A DNA stretch of 64,000 nt. Origin: an uncultured Bacteroidales bacterium (GTDB lineage: Bacteria; Bacteroidota; Bacteroidia; Bacteroidales; WCHB1-69). The notes beneath the pieces were generated by a model. The model was not told the origin of the DNA. It made no database searches and saw only the letters and a program-made list of their open reading frames with translations. Position numbers and translations under genes: made by a program. Every line of letters begins with the position of its first letter. Position 1 is the first letter of the stretch. The stretch covers positions 19,576 through 83,575 of the forward strand of contig CAJODA010000003.1 in NCBI GenBank assembly GCA_905233745.1, written 5' to 3'. Of the stretch, positions 50,698 to 59,436 are shown one piece after another.

Positions 50698-51287
50698 TGT
50701 ATCCGATTAACGAGATATTCTATTCGCTTCAGGGAGAGGGTTACCATACCGGTACGCCCGCCGTGTTTGTGCGCTTCAGCGGGTGCAATTTGCATTGTGC
50801 CTTCTGCGATACGGACCATCGGGAGTCTAAACCTATGACCTCAAGCGAAATTATAGATGATATCGCACAATATCCTAATGCACAGCTGATTGTGCTAACG
50901 GGTGGAGAGCCGTCGCTGTTTGCCGATGATGAATTTGTGCATGCGTTGAAAACCAAGACCGGTCTGCCGGTGACAATCGAAACCAACGGTACGCGCGTGC
51001 TTTCGGAGGGCATCGACTGGGTGACGCTATCACCGAAGGAGGCGTTCGAGGGTGGGGGAGTTGTGCCCTGTGTGCTCACCCGCTGCGACGAACTCAAAGT
51101 GGTGTATTGCGGACAGGATTTGGCGCAGTATGACCATATCGAGGCCAAGCATCGTTTCTTGCAGCCCTGCTACAGCGACGACCCGCTCCAATGTCAGGCC
51201 AACATGGCGGCTTGCGTGCAGGCGGTACTGAACCACAAAGGGTGGCGGTTGTCGTTGCAGACGCACCGGATATTGGGGATACGGTGA
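50694..51287 (+). CDS. queE: 7-carboxy-7-deazaguanine synthase (radical SAM)
   Basis: [40 protein letters not shown] is the QueE N-terminal signature. The ATG overlaps the queD stop (ATGA). Confidence 0.9.
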   Translation: [197 protein letters not shown]

Positions 51288-51367
51288 CCAGGGGTGGAAA
51301 CGAAGAACTAAAACAAAGTTGGACCTCTTATAATGAGAGAGTTGCAATTCGTCAACGAGTAATTGAC

Positions 51368-51392
51368 GAAAAAGGCCACCAGGCTGGTGGCC
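51368..51392. terminator. GC hairpin at the core/island junction (T-run only on the minus strand)
   Basis: Stem ggccacca / tggtggcc, loop ggc, preceded on the plus strand by gaaaaa. It could end queE transcription without a U-tract, or it could be an orphan minus-strand terminator. Confidence 0.35.
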
Positions 51393-51447
51393 AATTAGAG
51401 ATGCCTGAAATCTTATTTTCGCGAAAATAGGTTTCGTGATTTATTCG

Positions 51448-51455
51448 TATTTTTG
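51448..51455 (+). promoter_or_regulatory. -7 promoter box TATTTTTG upstream of the WYL regulator
   Basis: TAnnTTTG match 22 nt upstream of the ATG at 51477. Confidence 0.45.
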
Positions 51456-51476
51456 CGGCTGAAAAATCGAAACATT

Positions 51477-52535
51477 ATGCCCGCAAACAAAAACGCTGTC
51501 ACACGCTACTACATTCTCGACAAGTTGTTGGCCAACCGTTACCACAACTATTCGACTGAGGATTTGTGCCGGTTGGTCAACGAGGAGTTGGAGGAAAGGG
51601 AACAGCATGTAAGCCGTCGAACCATTGAACTTGACCTTCATTATTTGGAATACGAAAGCCCTTTTGTCGCTGAAATAGAGCATTATCAGATTGATGATGT
51701 AAGTCCACGAACTCTCAAGACGATCAAGAAAAGTTGCCATCGTTATGCGGATCCATCGTTCTCCATCTTCACGCAGAAGCTTACGGATGACGAGAAACAT
51801 CTGCTTGGCGAAGCCTTCACCCTCCTTGGGCAATTTGACGGTCTGCCGAATCTTGAGGGTTTGGAAAGGCTCAGGGAAAGTCTCAAAGTGAAGACCGACC
51901 GCCAGATTGTGTCGTTCACTAAGAATCCTTTGGAAGGAAAGAGTTTGCTGGGCGAGTTGTTCACTGCCATCACGCAGAAACAGGTGGTGGAGTTGCATTT
52001 CCACAAGTTCGACACGCCAGATACAGACCGTGTGGTGGTCGTTTATCCCTACTTGCTCAAGGAGTACAACCGTCGCTGGTACCTCATCGCTGCTGCCGAA
52101 GATACGGGCAAGCTGCTCAGCTTCGCCCTCGACCGCCTGGACAAGTTCGTCCCGTTGCCCGCACGTCATTATAAGGAATACGATGGCGACCTCAACGAAT
52201 GTTTCGAGGACATCATCGGAGTGACGCTTATCGAAGGCAATCCATTGCAGACCATCCTCTTCTGGGTCAGCGACAATTCCAAAGATTATGTTGCCACAAA
52301 ACCCTTGCACGAGTCCCAGCGGCATTATAAAGGAGAGAAGGAAAAGGAATTGCGCCAACAATACCCGAAGCTTGACGGTGGCGCGTTCTTCTCCATTGAG
52401 TGCATCGAGAACTACGAACTGATCCGGGAATTATCGTCTTTCGGCAAAGAGTTGTTGGTTCTTTCACCCACTGACATTCAGCAGAAAGTGCGCGACCGTC
52501 TGACCGCCCAACTTCAAGCGTATCAGGCATTGTGA
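51477..52535 (+). CDS. WYL-domain transcriptional regulator (N-terminal wHTH; BrxR/CapW-like architecture)
   Basis: N-terminal MPANKNAVTRYYILDKLLANRYHNYSTEDL...VSRRTIELDLHYLE (wHTH). Central NRRWYLIAAAEDTGKLLSFALDRL contains the WYL motif. A C-terminal extension follows. Confidence 0.8.
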   Translation: MPANKNAVTRYYILDKLLANRYHNYSTEDLCRLVNEELEEREQHVSRRTIELDLHYLEYESPFVAEIEHYQIDDVSPRTLKTIKKSCHRYADPSFSIFTQKLTDDEKHLLGEAFTLLGQFDGLPNLEGLERLRESLKVKTDRQIVSFTKNPLEGKSLLGELFTAITQKQVVELHFHKFDTPDTDRVVVVYPYLLKEYNRRWYLIAAAEDTGKLLSFALDRLDKFVPLPARHYKEYDGDLNECFEDIIGVTLIEGNPLQTILFWVSDNSKDYVATKPLHESQRHYKGEKEKELRQQYPKLDGGAFFSIECIENYELIRELSSFGKELLVLSPTDIQQKVRDRLTAQLQAYQAL

Positions 52536-52710
52536 TTTTTTGTATTTTTGCATCTCGCTAATCCTATAGAAAGATGATTGATAAGATATTTCAATGATAA
52601 CCATCCTGGTGTTTCAGCGATAACCACTACTTGAGTATATGGTAGCCCATGGTGAGAAAATTGGCACAGAGGAAAGAAAATGAGCGAAAATAGATTGCGC
52701 GGCACCGTTG

Positions 52711-52718
52711 TATTTTTG
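52711..52718 (+). promoter_or_regulatory. -7 promoter box TATTTTTG upstream of the ATPase gene (a second box lies at 52543-52550)
   Basis: TAnnTTTG match 28 nt upstream of the ATG at 52746. Another exact TATTTTTG sits at 52543-52550, just after the WYL gene stop. Confidence 0.45.
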
Positions 52719-52745
52719 CAAACGAAAAAACAAACAGAGAAGAAT

Positions 52746-54362
52746 ATGGAAAATAACAAAAACATGAACCCGGTTTTCAGTCTGAAAAACTTCCGCTCTT
52801 TTGGCGAAGAAGGTGCCGATTTTGAACTCGCCCCTATCACCATTTTGACCGGATGCAATAGTGCCGGCAAGAGTTCTATGGCAAAAGCACTTGTGCTATT
52901 AAGCCGAATGCCTAATCACAGAAGAGTCGTATCGCCCTCATTAAAACTCTACACAAAAGACCTCAGACTTGGTAACTATGAGAAGGTGCTTCATAAAAAC
53001 GCGGCTGACAATGAGATAGTATTTGCATATAAAGTATGGTCTAACTATCTTCAAGAAGATGTTCGTGTCAAGCGTTTTTTCAAGTCTAAGAAGAACGACG
53101 ATCTTAATGATGGTTTTTTGTACAAGTACACCATAGAAAAAACTGATGGAACAATAATCTTTGAAGAAAACACAACCCTTTGGGGAATGGAACATGAAGA
53201 ACAAAACAATAAACACACAGATTCTATTACTCAAAATTTCAATGCTTTCTCTTTGGTAAGTAAATACCATCAATTAGTTCAAGAAATTGATTTACTAAAA
53301 AAAAGAGATAACGAAGAGTCTCAAAACGAATATGCTCATTATTCCCAAGAGTTAAAAAGCATCATGTCACAAATACAAGTAAGCGAAATCAATGTTGAAA
53401 TGTATAATATCAGACAGCTATCAGACTGGCATGACTGGATATTCAGCAGAGACCAAAGAATAAAGAACAAGAGACGTTACTGCAAGACTGATGAAGAGTT
53501 TAAGGAACTTTTGGCGGCACAATACCCAGAAAGACAAATAATAGAACATTTTTTGGAATTGGTTGCAGATGAAGTGTTTTCTCCCAAGTTCATTGAAAAT
53601 GTGGAATATATTGATTCGGGTTCAGCAGCAATCAGACGCACTTATTCTGTTGAGGACAGCAATAAAATGAGCAAGGCTTTGTTTGATTTTAATAGTGCGA
53701 AAATAATCGATGAAGAGTGGTCCGATATTTTTCATCCATATTATCATAAACCAGGCAGTTTTGTGAACCATTGGCTGGAAGAATTCCTTGGCAATGGTTG
53801 TAAAATTTTTACAACAGGCGATGATGAAGGACGCATTAAAGTGTTTATTGAAAGAAATGGTGAAAAACAATTGCTTGCAGACGAAGGGTATGGTATCACC
53901 CAACTCGTTTCTTTGCTTTTGTTAATAGACAATTCTATTAAGCCAACCGACGAGAAAAATCCTCAAACACCATGGCATGACGGCAAACCAGATCATAAAA
54001 ATCTCTATTTTGAAAGACATCCTCAAGTAATTTGTGTTGAGGAACCCGAAGTTCATCTCCATCCGAAATACCAATCATTGTTGGCAGATATGTTTGTGGA
54101 AGCATACCAGAAATACAACATCCACTTCATTATTGAAACTCACAGCGAATATCTTATTCGCAAACTTCAAGTTATGGTTGCAGATAAGGAAAATGCTATT
54201 GTGCCAAATGATATTTCTTTAAATTATGCGGAAAAAAATGAAATTACCGGAATGTCTTCCAATCGAAAGATAGAAATATGCGCAGACGGTTATCTTGATG
54301 ATACATTTGGCGAAGGATTCTTTGATGAAGCAACGAAGTGGTCTAAAAAGCTTATTTTATAA
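52746..54362 (+). CDS. ABC/SMC-head-like AAA ATPase (AAA_15/AAA_21, DUF3696-type)
   Basis: N-terminal FSLKNFRSFGEEG..ITILTGCNSAGKSS (Walker A at 52851-52874). C-terminal VICVEEPEVHLHP (Walker B / D-loop) and FIIETHSEYLIRKL (H-loop). The start at 52746 (MENNKNM) is preferred because of the promoter box; the ORF track start is 52680. Confidence 0.8.
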   Translation: MENNKNMNPVFSLKNFRSFGEEGADFELAPITILTGCNSAGKSSMAKALVLLSRMPNHRRVVSPSLKLYTKDLRLGNYEKVLHKNAADNEIVFAYKVWSNYLQEDVRVKRFFKSKKNDDLNDGFLYKYTIEKTDGTIIFEENTTLWGMEHEEQNNKHTDSITQNFNAFSLVSKYHQLVQEIDLLKKRDNEESQNEYAHYSQELKSIMSQIQVSEINVEMYNIRQLSDWHDWIFSRDQRIKNKRRYCKTDEEFKELLAAQYPERQIIEHFLELVADEVFSPKFIENVEYIDSGSAAIRRTYSVEDSNKMSKALFDFNSAKIIDEEWSDIFHPYYHKPGSFVNHWLEEFLGNGCKIFTTGDDEGRIKVFIERNGEKQLLADEGYGITQLVSLLLLIDNSIKPTDEKNPQTPWHDGKPDHKNLYFERHPQVICVEEPEVHLHPKYQSLLADMFVEAYQKYNIHFIIETHSEYLIRKLQVMVADKENAIVPNDISLNYAEKNEITGMSSNRKIEICADGYLDDTFGEGFFDEATKWSKKLIL

Positions 54363-54366
54363 AGAG

Positions 54367-55455
54367 ATGAAATATAGGAAAAACATATATTGTGAAAAAG
54401 AATTCATCAGAATGTGCATTGAAAAATTGGAGGCATCAGATACATTTTGCAATCCCGATGAATGGCTGTTAATAAATAGAATAAAAGATATTATAAGTGA
54501 TACATACACAAAGCTATATCTCAACATGTCAAACGATGAGATAAACGAATTTTCGAAAGACATATACAAGCGTAAGGTAAAAGCAGCAAAGAAAGATGAA
54601 TGTGCAGATTTATCTTCTTTCGAACGGTTTATGTATGCTCTATTCATGAAGCAACAAAACGGAGAACTTCAAATAAAACATTTCGATGATGTTGATTTTG
54701 ATAACGAGGATGAAATTGATTTAAATGGCTACTATTTTACATGTAAAGATCGCGAGCAATGCGAAAAGGCTATGGGTGGATATGGCGTTCTGGCAATAAA
54801 CATGGAAAACATTAAAGATTTTGGCTTTGTTTTAAAAGACAATGGGAAAGCTATTCGTGATAATTCAAAAAACACTTGGAAATCATTATTGGAGTCCGTT
54901 GGTAAATTGCCCTATAACTCAATAATAATCATTGACAACTATATACTAAATGATACAGATGAAATGGTTGAAAATTTGCAAGGTATTTTTGATTCATTGC
55001 TTCCGTCCAGTATCAGTGTGCCAATCCAGATAACAATATTCTCAAAAATCAGAACAGATAAAAGCACCGATCTACCTGTTGAGCCTAGATTGGAAAAAAT
55101 AAAAGAATTGTTACAAAAGTATAATTCATTTTCTTTTGAAGTGACCATCGTTAAGTGTCAAAATTTTCATGACCGAGCAATATTGACAAATTCCATGTTC
55201 TTTGGGTGTCCTGGAGGATTTAACCTGTTTAAGCAAGGAAAATCTCAAAAAACAACCTATTTTAATGCGGCAAATCCCTTTCTGGGGAGTGAGAGTATTA
55301 AATGGACGACTGGGGCATACTCAAATTTCGTTGCAGATGCAGCTGATGTTTTCCAATCCCTAAAGGAATATGGGAGTGAAGGAATAGACGATTCTTTTCC
55401 TCAGTTCTACAACGGGGAAAAAAAGAATAGGATTCTTGATGGTTTTAAAGGTTAA
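54367..55455 (+). CDS. uncharacterised partner of the ATPase; the C-terminal half may be a MIT_C/PLD-like domain
   Basis: 362 aa, starting 5 nt after the ATPase stop. Motifs SIIIIDNYIL ... FHDRAILTN ... GCPGGFNLF resemble, from memory, the DPY...HDRxI...GRGLDxF pattern of the PLD-like MIT_C domain. This assignment is speculative. Confidence 0.65.
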   Translation: MKYRKNIYCEKEFIRMCIEKLEASDTFCNPDEWLLINRIKDIISDTYTKLYLNMSNDEINEFSKDIYKRKVKAAKKDECADLSSFERFMYALFMKQQNGELQIKHFDDVDFDNEDEIDLNGYYFTCKDREQCEKAMGGYGVLAINMENIKDFGFVLKDNGKAIRDNSKNTWKSLLESVGKLPYNSIIIIDNYILNDTDEMVENLQGIFDSLLPSSISVPIQITIFSKIRTDKSTDLPVEPRLEKIKELLQKYNSFSFEVTIVKCQNFHDRAILTNSMFFGCPGGFNLFKQGKSQKTTYFNAANPFLGSESIKWTTGAYSNFVADAADVFQSLKEYGSEGIDDSFPQFYNGEKKNRILDGFKG

Positions 55456-55797
55456 GAGGCACTATTGTGTTCGGTCACATGGAGAAAAGCTTTTCAAATG
55501 TACATATAGGTGATTGGATTTGCTCCAGGCGCGGTTTTCAATACTCTTTAGAAACCAGTCAATAACGTTCCGGTATGAGCACAATCATGCGATTTGAAAT
55601 GAATTAATGATTTAGCTAATTGAAAATAATTGGAATACTGTGTTGTGTTTGAAAAGTTAAAAAACAAAAACTGACCAAATTATATAAATACCACGTAAAA
55701 TTACAGCATCATATTTTCAGATTTTGTTCAACTGACCTCGCATAATCTGGGGTCGTGACGCGAAAACGGTAAAAATTGAGGTTCTCATAATAATGTT

Positions 55798-55805
55798 TAT
55801 TTTTG
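55798..55805 (+). promoter_or_regulatory. -7 promoter box TATTTTTG upstream of the DUF1848 gene
   Basis: TAnnTTTG match 20 nt upstream of the ATG at 55825, after a 370-bp intergenic gap. Confidence 0.5.
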
Positions 55806-55824
55806 CAAAGTCAAAAACAAGACT

Positions 55825-56889
55825 ATGTCCCAGTGGAAAAAAATAAAGATTCAGCGTGATAAAGGCGAAATGGTGGAAGCACAGGCCCCTGTCATTGTCT
55901 CTGCAAGCCGGAGCACCGACATACCGGCATTCTATGCCGACTGGTTCTTCCATCGGTTGAAAGTGGGCTACTCTGCGTGGAAAAATCCCTTTAATGGGGT
56001 AAACAGTTACATTTCCTATCAAAACACCCGTTTCATTGTGTTTTGGTCGAAGAACGCGAAGCCGTTACTACAGCATCTTGATGAGCTGAAAGACAGAAAC
56101 ATTGGTTGCTACATTCAACATACGTTGAACGACTATGAGAAAGAAGGGTTGGAGAAAGGAGTGCCCCCGTTGGAGGAAAGAATTGACACGTTCAAACGAT
56201 TGGCGGACAAGCTAGGGAAAGGTCGGGTGATATGGCGTTTCGACCCACTGATTCTCACAAACCAAGTCAACATTGACGAACTGTTAGGGAAAATCGAACA
56301 CATTGGCGACCAACTATATGGCTATACGGAGAAGTTGGTGTTCAGCTATGCCGATATCGCTTCCTACAGGAAAGTGAAAGCCAATCTGGAGAAGAACCAC
56401 GTCAACTACCGAGAATGGGAACCTGATCAGATGGAAGATTTTGCGGTCCGGCTTTCAACACTCAACCAAAAGTGGAACTACAAATTGGCCACCTGCGGTG
56501 AGAAAATCGACATTGAAAAGTACGGCATCTTGCACAACAAGTGCGTGGATGACGACATAATCATTCGTTTCGCTTATAAAGACAAAACTTTGATGGAGTT
56601 TCTTGGTGTGGATGTGAAAACTGTCGAGAATTCCTTGTTTGGCACAGAACCTATTCCCGAAAATGCCATCATGCTCAACGCCACCCAATACGCCATCAAG
56701 CGAAAGAACAATAGCGACAAGGGTCAGCGTCAGTTCTGCGGCTGCATCGCAAGCAAGGACATTGGCGAATACAACACCTGTCCGCACCTTTGCGAGTATT
56801 GCTATGCGAATGCGAGCAAGGAGGTAGCGGTGAGTAATTGGGAAAGACACGAAACCAATAAACTGGGCGAAACAATAACTGGAAGGTAA
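55825..56889 (+). CDS. DUF1848-family protein with a C-terminal radical-SAM-like CX3CX2C cluster
   Basis: N-terminal VIVSASRSTDIPAFYADWFFHRL, VFWSKN and IWRFDPLI match my recollection of DUF1848. The C-terminus FCGCIASKDIGEYNTCPHLCEYCYAN contains CX3CX2C at 56779-56802. Confidence 0.8.
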   Translation: MSQWKKIKIQRDKGEMVEAQAPVIVSASRSTDIPAFYADWFFHRLKVGYSAWKNPFNGVNSYISYQNTRFIVFWSKNAKPLLQHLDELKDRNIGCYIQHTLNDYEKEGLEKGVPPLEERIDTFKRLADKLGKGRVIWRFDPLILTNQVNIDELLGKIEHIGDQLYGYTEKLVFSYADIASYRKVKANLEKNHVNYREWEPDQMEDFAVRLSTLNQKWNYKLATCGEKIDIEKYGILHNKCVDDDIIIRFAYKDKTLMEFLGVDVKTVENSLFGTEPIPENAIMLNATQYAIKRKNNSDKGQRQFCGCIASKDIGEYNTCPHLCEYCYANASKEVAVSNWERHETNKLGETITGR

Positions 56890-56925
56890 TTATGAGATCC
56901 TGAACAATAATTAAATTTGATTTAC

Positions 56926-59436
56926 ATGGACACTCAAGAACTGATAAGGTACTGCACTTCGTTACTTCCTGACAACATAAAGGCTCGACCATGGGATGCC
57001 ACAAATCACGGCAGAGCTATTTTGCAAACAGAAGAACAGTTGAATGCTTACATTGCAGCATATGGTGAGATGCACTTCATCAAGTGTAGAGCGGCATTGC
57101 AGAATTTCCCGTTTGAAACTCTAACCAACTACGAAATAGTGGATTGGGGATGCGGCCAGGGTATAGCATCGCTTACTTTGCATGACATGCTCGAAGAGCA
57201 CGGGAAAGCATACGGGTTGAAACGCATAACGCTCATTGAGCCGTCCGAGCCTGCCTTGCGGCGAGCAGAGGCATTTGTGAAGCGTACTATAGACCACAGA
57301 GTGGAGGTTATCGCCATTAACAAGTGCATCCCCAGTTCAGAGGAGTCCAACGACTTGTCGGAGATTACGTCATCGGCACCGATGGCCATCCATCTCTTTT
57401 CAAATATCCTTGATATTCGGACATTGAATTTGAGATGGCTGGCAAAGAAGGTGGCTTCATTCACGAGAAAACAGCAGATAGTGTGTGTGGGTCCAGCGAT
57501 GAGAGGAGAAAGCCGCATTTCAGACTTTGCAAGTTTCTTCCCAGAAAAAAATGTCTTTTCGAGGATTTCCCAATATCCGTATGCATACACGGTGACGCAC
57601 CATCCTTTTGGATGCGAAACGATGTGCTTTTCTTTGTCCTCCAACAACATCAACGAGAGTTACGTCGAGAAGGCGGATGCAGCCACATTCATTGATGACT
57701 ACAGTTATGTGGCGGAATCGTTAAGGGGGATTGTTGATGACAACATCCTCAACGCATACAACGCCATGCGAGCCAAGTTGAGTAATTTCGACAGCATCTT
57801 CATTCAGCCTCACATATCAACTGATATTCCAGACATTGTGGTAGTGAGGCCAGGAAAGGGTATGCTAATCTTCAATGTCTGCAATGATAAGAATAATGCG
57901 GAAGCTCAATTTGAGAGAACGGAAGTCTATCAACGTAACTTGTTTAATGTACATCTACGGGATGTTTTTGGAAAAGCCTTGTTGGATAAGTGTTATTGGT
58001 CGGTCATCAAGCAGGCTGTTTTCTTCCCGACAGAGAAGGACGGGGAGGGAATCAAGGTGAACAAAGAGTACAAACATACATGTCGAATTTATAGGGATGA
58101 TATACTGGCTAACGATCTCCTTGAAAAATTGAACCTTTCTTGGGATAACAGGTATTTCACTGACAATTTGTGCAAGAATGTGTTGGAACTCATAACCAGT
58201 AAGGGATGGCATAGTTACAAGGAAGGCAATGAAAGCATTACACCCACAAAAAGGCAGCGCGAACTGGCGCAAAGCAAGAGTGTGGATCAGAAGATTAAGG
58301 GTGTTGCAGGATCGGGAAAGACTCAAGTCCTTGCATGGAGGGCTGTGAATGCCCAGGTCAGAACAGGAGGCAGAGTGCTTGTACTGACGTTCAACCTTAC
58401 TTTGGTGAACTATATCAAATACAGAATGAGTCAGGTCGCCGCCGATTTTAACTGGAGTCAATTTGATATTACCAACTATCACCAATTTTTTAAGTCGCAG
58501 GCGAACAACCATAATTTGAAGCCTTACATTGACGATTGGGACGACGAAAACTTCTTTGAGCGATATAAGAATCGTACTATGCGATATGACACCATCCTTT
58601 TCGATGAGGCACAAGATTATAGATACGCATGGTATCTTGTGATAAAAAACTACTTCCTCAAAGAGGGAGGCGAGTTCGTCGTTTTCGGTGATGGCAGGCA
58701 AAATATTTACAGCCGTCAGCAAGATGAACATCACATGCCTCGGATTCCTGGAATGCCAGGACCTTGGACTCAAATAAACGAAAATTCAAATGTCGCTTTT
58801 AGAATTGAGAATCCAGAAATAACCCGTCTCTCCACACTCTTTCAGGAGTCGTTTTTCGATTACTCTGAGCCGTTGGCACAACAGAGCATACTTCCTTTCG
58901 AGCAATTCCACATTAAATATTGGAATGTAGGGAGTGCTATTACCGCAGGAACGCTTTGCTCCAATGTTTTATGGATAATAAATGAGTTCAAACTGAATCG
59001 TCGGGATGTGACGTTACTCTCTCAGACATGCAGCGTTCTCCGAAGTATCGAGGATGCATACATCAAGAATGGTGGAGAACGGCCAATTACAACATTTGAA
59101 ACCAAGGAGGAGTATGATAGGATACAGGCTGTCAGCAAGTGGCCGAAAGCTGATATTGACAGCATTCGTAGAGTAAAAAAGGTTCATTTTACGATAGACT
59201 ATGCAGGCATAAAGATGGCTACAATACACAGTTTTAAGGGTTGGGAGTCCCCTACGATTATTTTGATTCTACAGCCCGATGGCTCAATTGAGGATGATGT
59301 GTACAATGTTGTTGAAAACGAGAACTCTCCGGCTTTGATTTATACTGCTATCACACGAGCAAAGCGGAACCTTTTCATTCTTAATCTTGGTAATAGCAAA
59401 TATCACGATTTCTTCATAAACAACATAGAATCATGA
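56926..59436 (+). CDS. three-domain fusion: class I SAM-methyltransferase-like N-terminus, NERD-like middle, SF1 (UvrD/helicase IV-like) helicase C-terminus
   Basis: MTase motif I IVDWGCGQG (57136-57162), with an acidic residue after beta-2 (LIEPSE). The middle segment DIPDIVVVRPGKGMLIFNV resembles NERD. Walker A GVAGSGKTQ (58300-58323). Walker B ILFDEAQDY (58594-58617). C-terminal SF1 motifs ATIHSFKGWE and IYTAITRAKRNLFIL. Confidence 0.85.
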   Translation: MDTQELIRYCTSLLPDNIKARPWDATNHGRAILQTEEQLNAYIAAYGEMHFIKCRAALQNFPFETLTNYEIVDWGCGQGIASLTLHDMLEEHGKAYGLKRITLIEPSEPALRRAEAFVKRTIDHRVEVIAINKCIPSSEESNDLSEITSSAPMAIHLFSNILDIRTLNLRWLAKKVASFTRKQQIVCVGPAMRGESRISDFASFFPEKNVFSRISQYPYAYTVTHHPFGCETMCFSLSSNNINESYVEKADAATFIDDYSYVAESLRGIVDDNILNAYNAMRAKLSNFDSIFIQPHISTDIPDIVVVRPGKGMLIFNVCNDKNNAEAQFERTEVYQRNLFNVHLRDVFGKALLDKCYWSVIKQAVFFPTEKDGEGIKVNKEYKHTCRIYRDDILANDLLEKLNLSWDNRYFTDNLCKNVLELITSKGWHSYKEGNESITPTKRQRELAQSKSVDQKIKGVAGSGKTQVLAWRAVNAQVRTGGRVLVLTFNLTLVNYIKYRMSQVAADFNWSQFDITNYHQFFKSQANNHNLKPYIDDWDDENFFERYKNRTMRYDTILFDEAQDYRYAWYLVIKNYFLKEGGEFVVFGDGRQNIYSRQQDEHHMPRIPGMPGPWTQINENSNVAFRIENPEITRLSTLFQESFFDYSEPLAQQSILPFEQFHIKYWNVGSAITAGTLCSNVLWIINEFKLNRRDVTLLSQTCSVLRSIEDAYIKNGGERPITTFETKEEYDRIQAVSKWPKADIDSIRRVKKVHFTIDYAGIKMATIHSFKGWESPTIILILQPDGSIEDDVYNVVENENSPALIYTAITRAKRNLFILNLGNSKYHDFFINNIES

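Noticed and set aside
48970-51287. queF-queC-queD-queE next to the defence island as part of a Dpd-like 7-deazaguanine DNA-modification system
   Set aside because: No DpdA/TGT-like transglycosylase, DpdB or DpdC is recognisable in the window. The presence of queF (the preQ1 branch) and the core-like composition fit ordinary tRNA queuosine biosynthesis. The adjacency to the island is noted but treated as coincidental unless a TGT paralogue lies beyond the window.
51441-52361. 306-aa minus-strand ORF opposite the WYL regulator, and the 272-aa ORF at 57955-58773 opposite the helicase
   Set aside because: The plus-strand genes carry clear domain motifs (WYL; Walker A/B) and have promoters. The antisense translations have no motifs and no start context.
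55456-55824. The 370-bp gap between the two island operons, as a possible degraded mobility gene or ncRNA
   Set aside because: Reading both strands gave only short stop-interrupted frames with no recognisable transposase or integrase motif and no notable secondary structure. Nothing is supportable.
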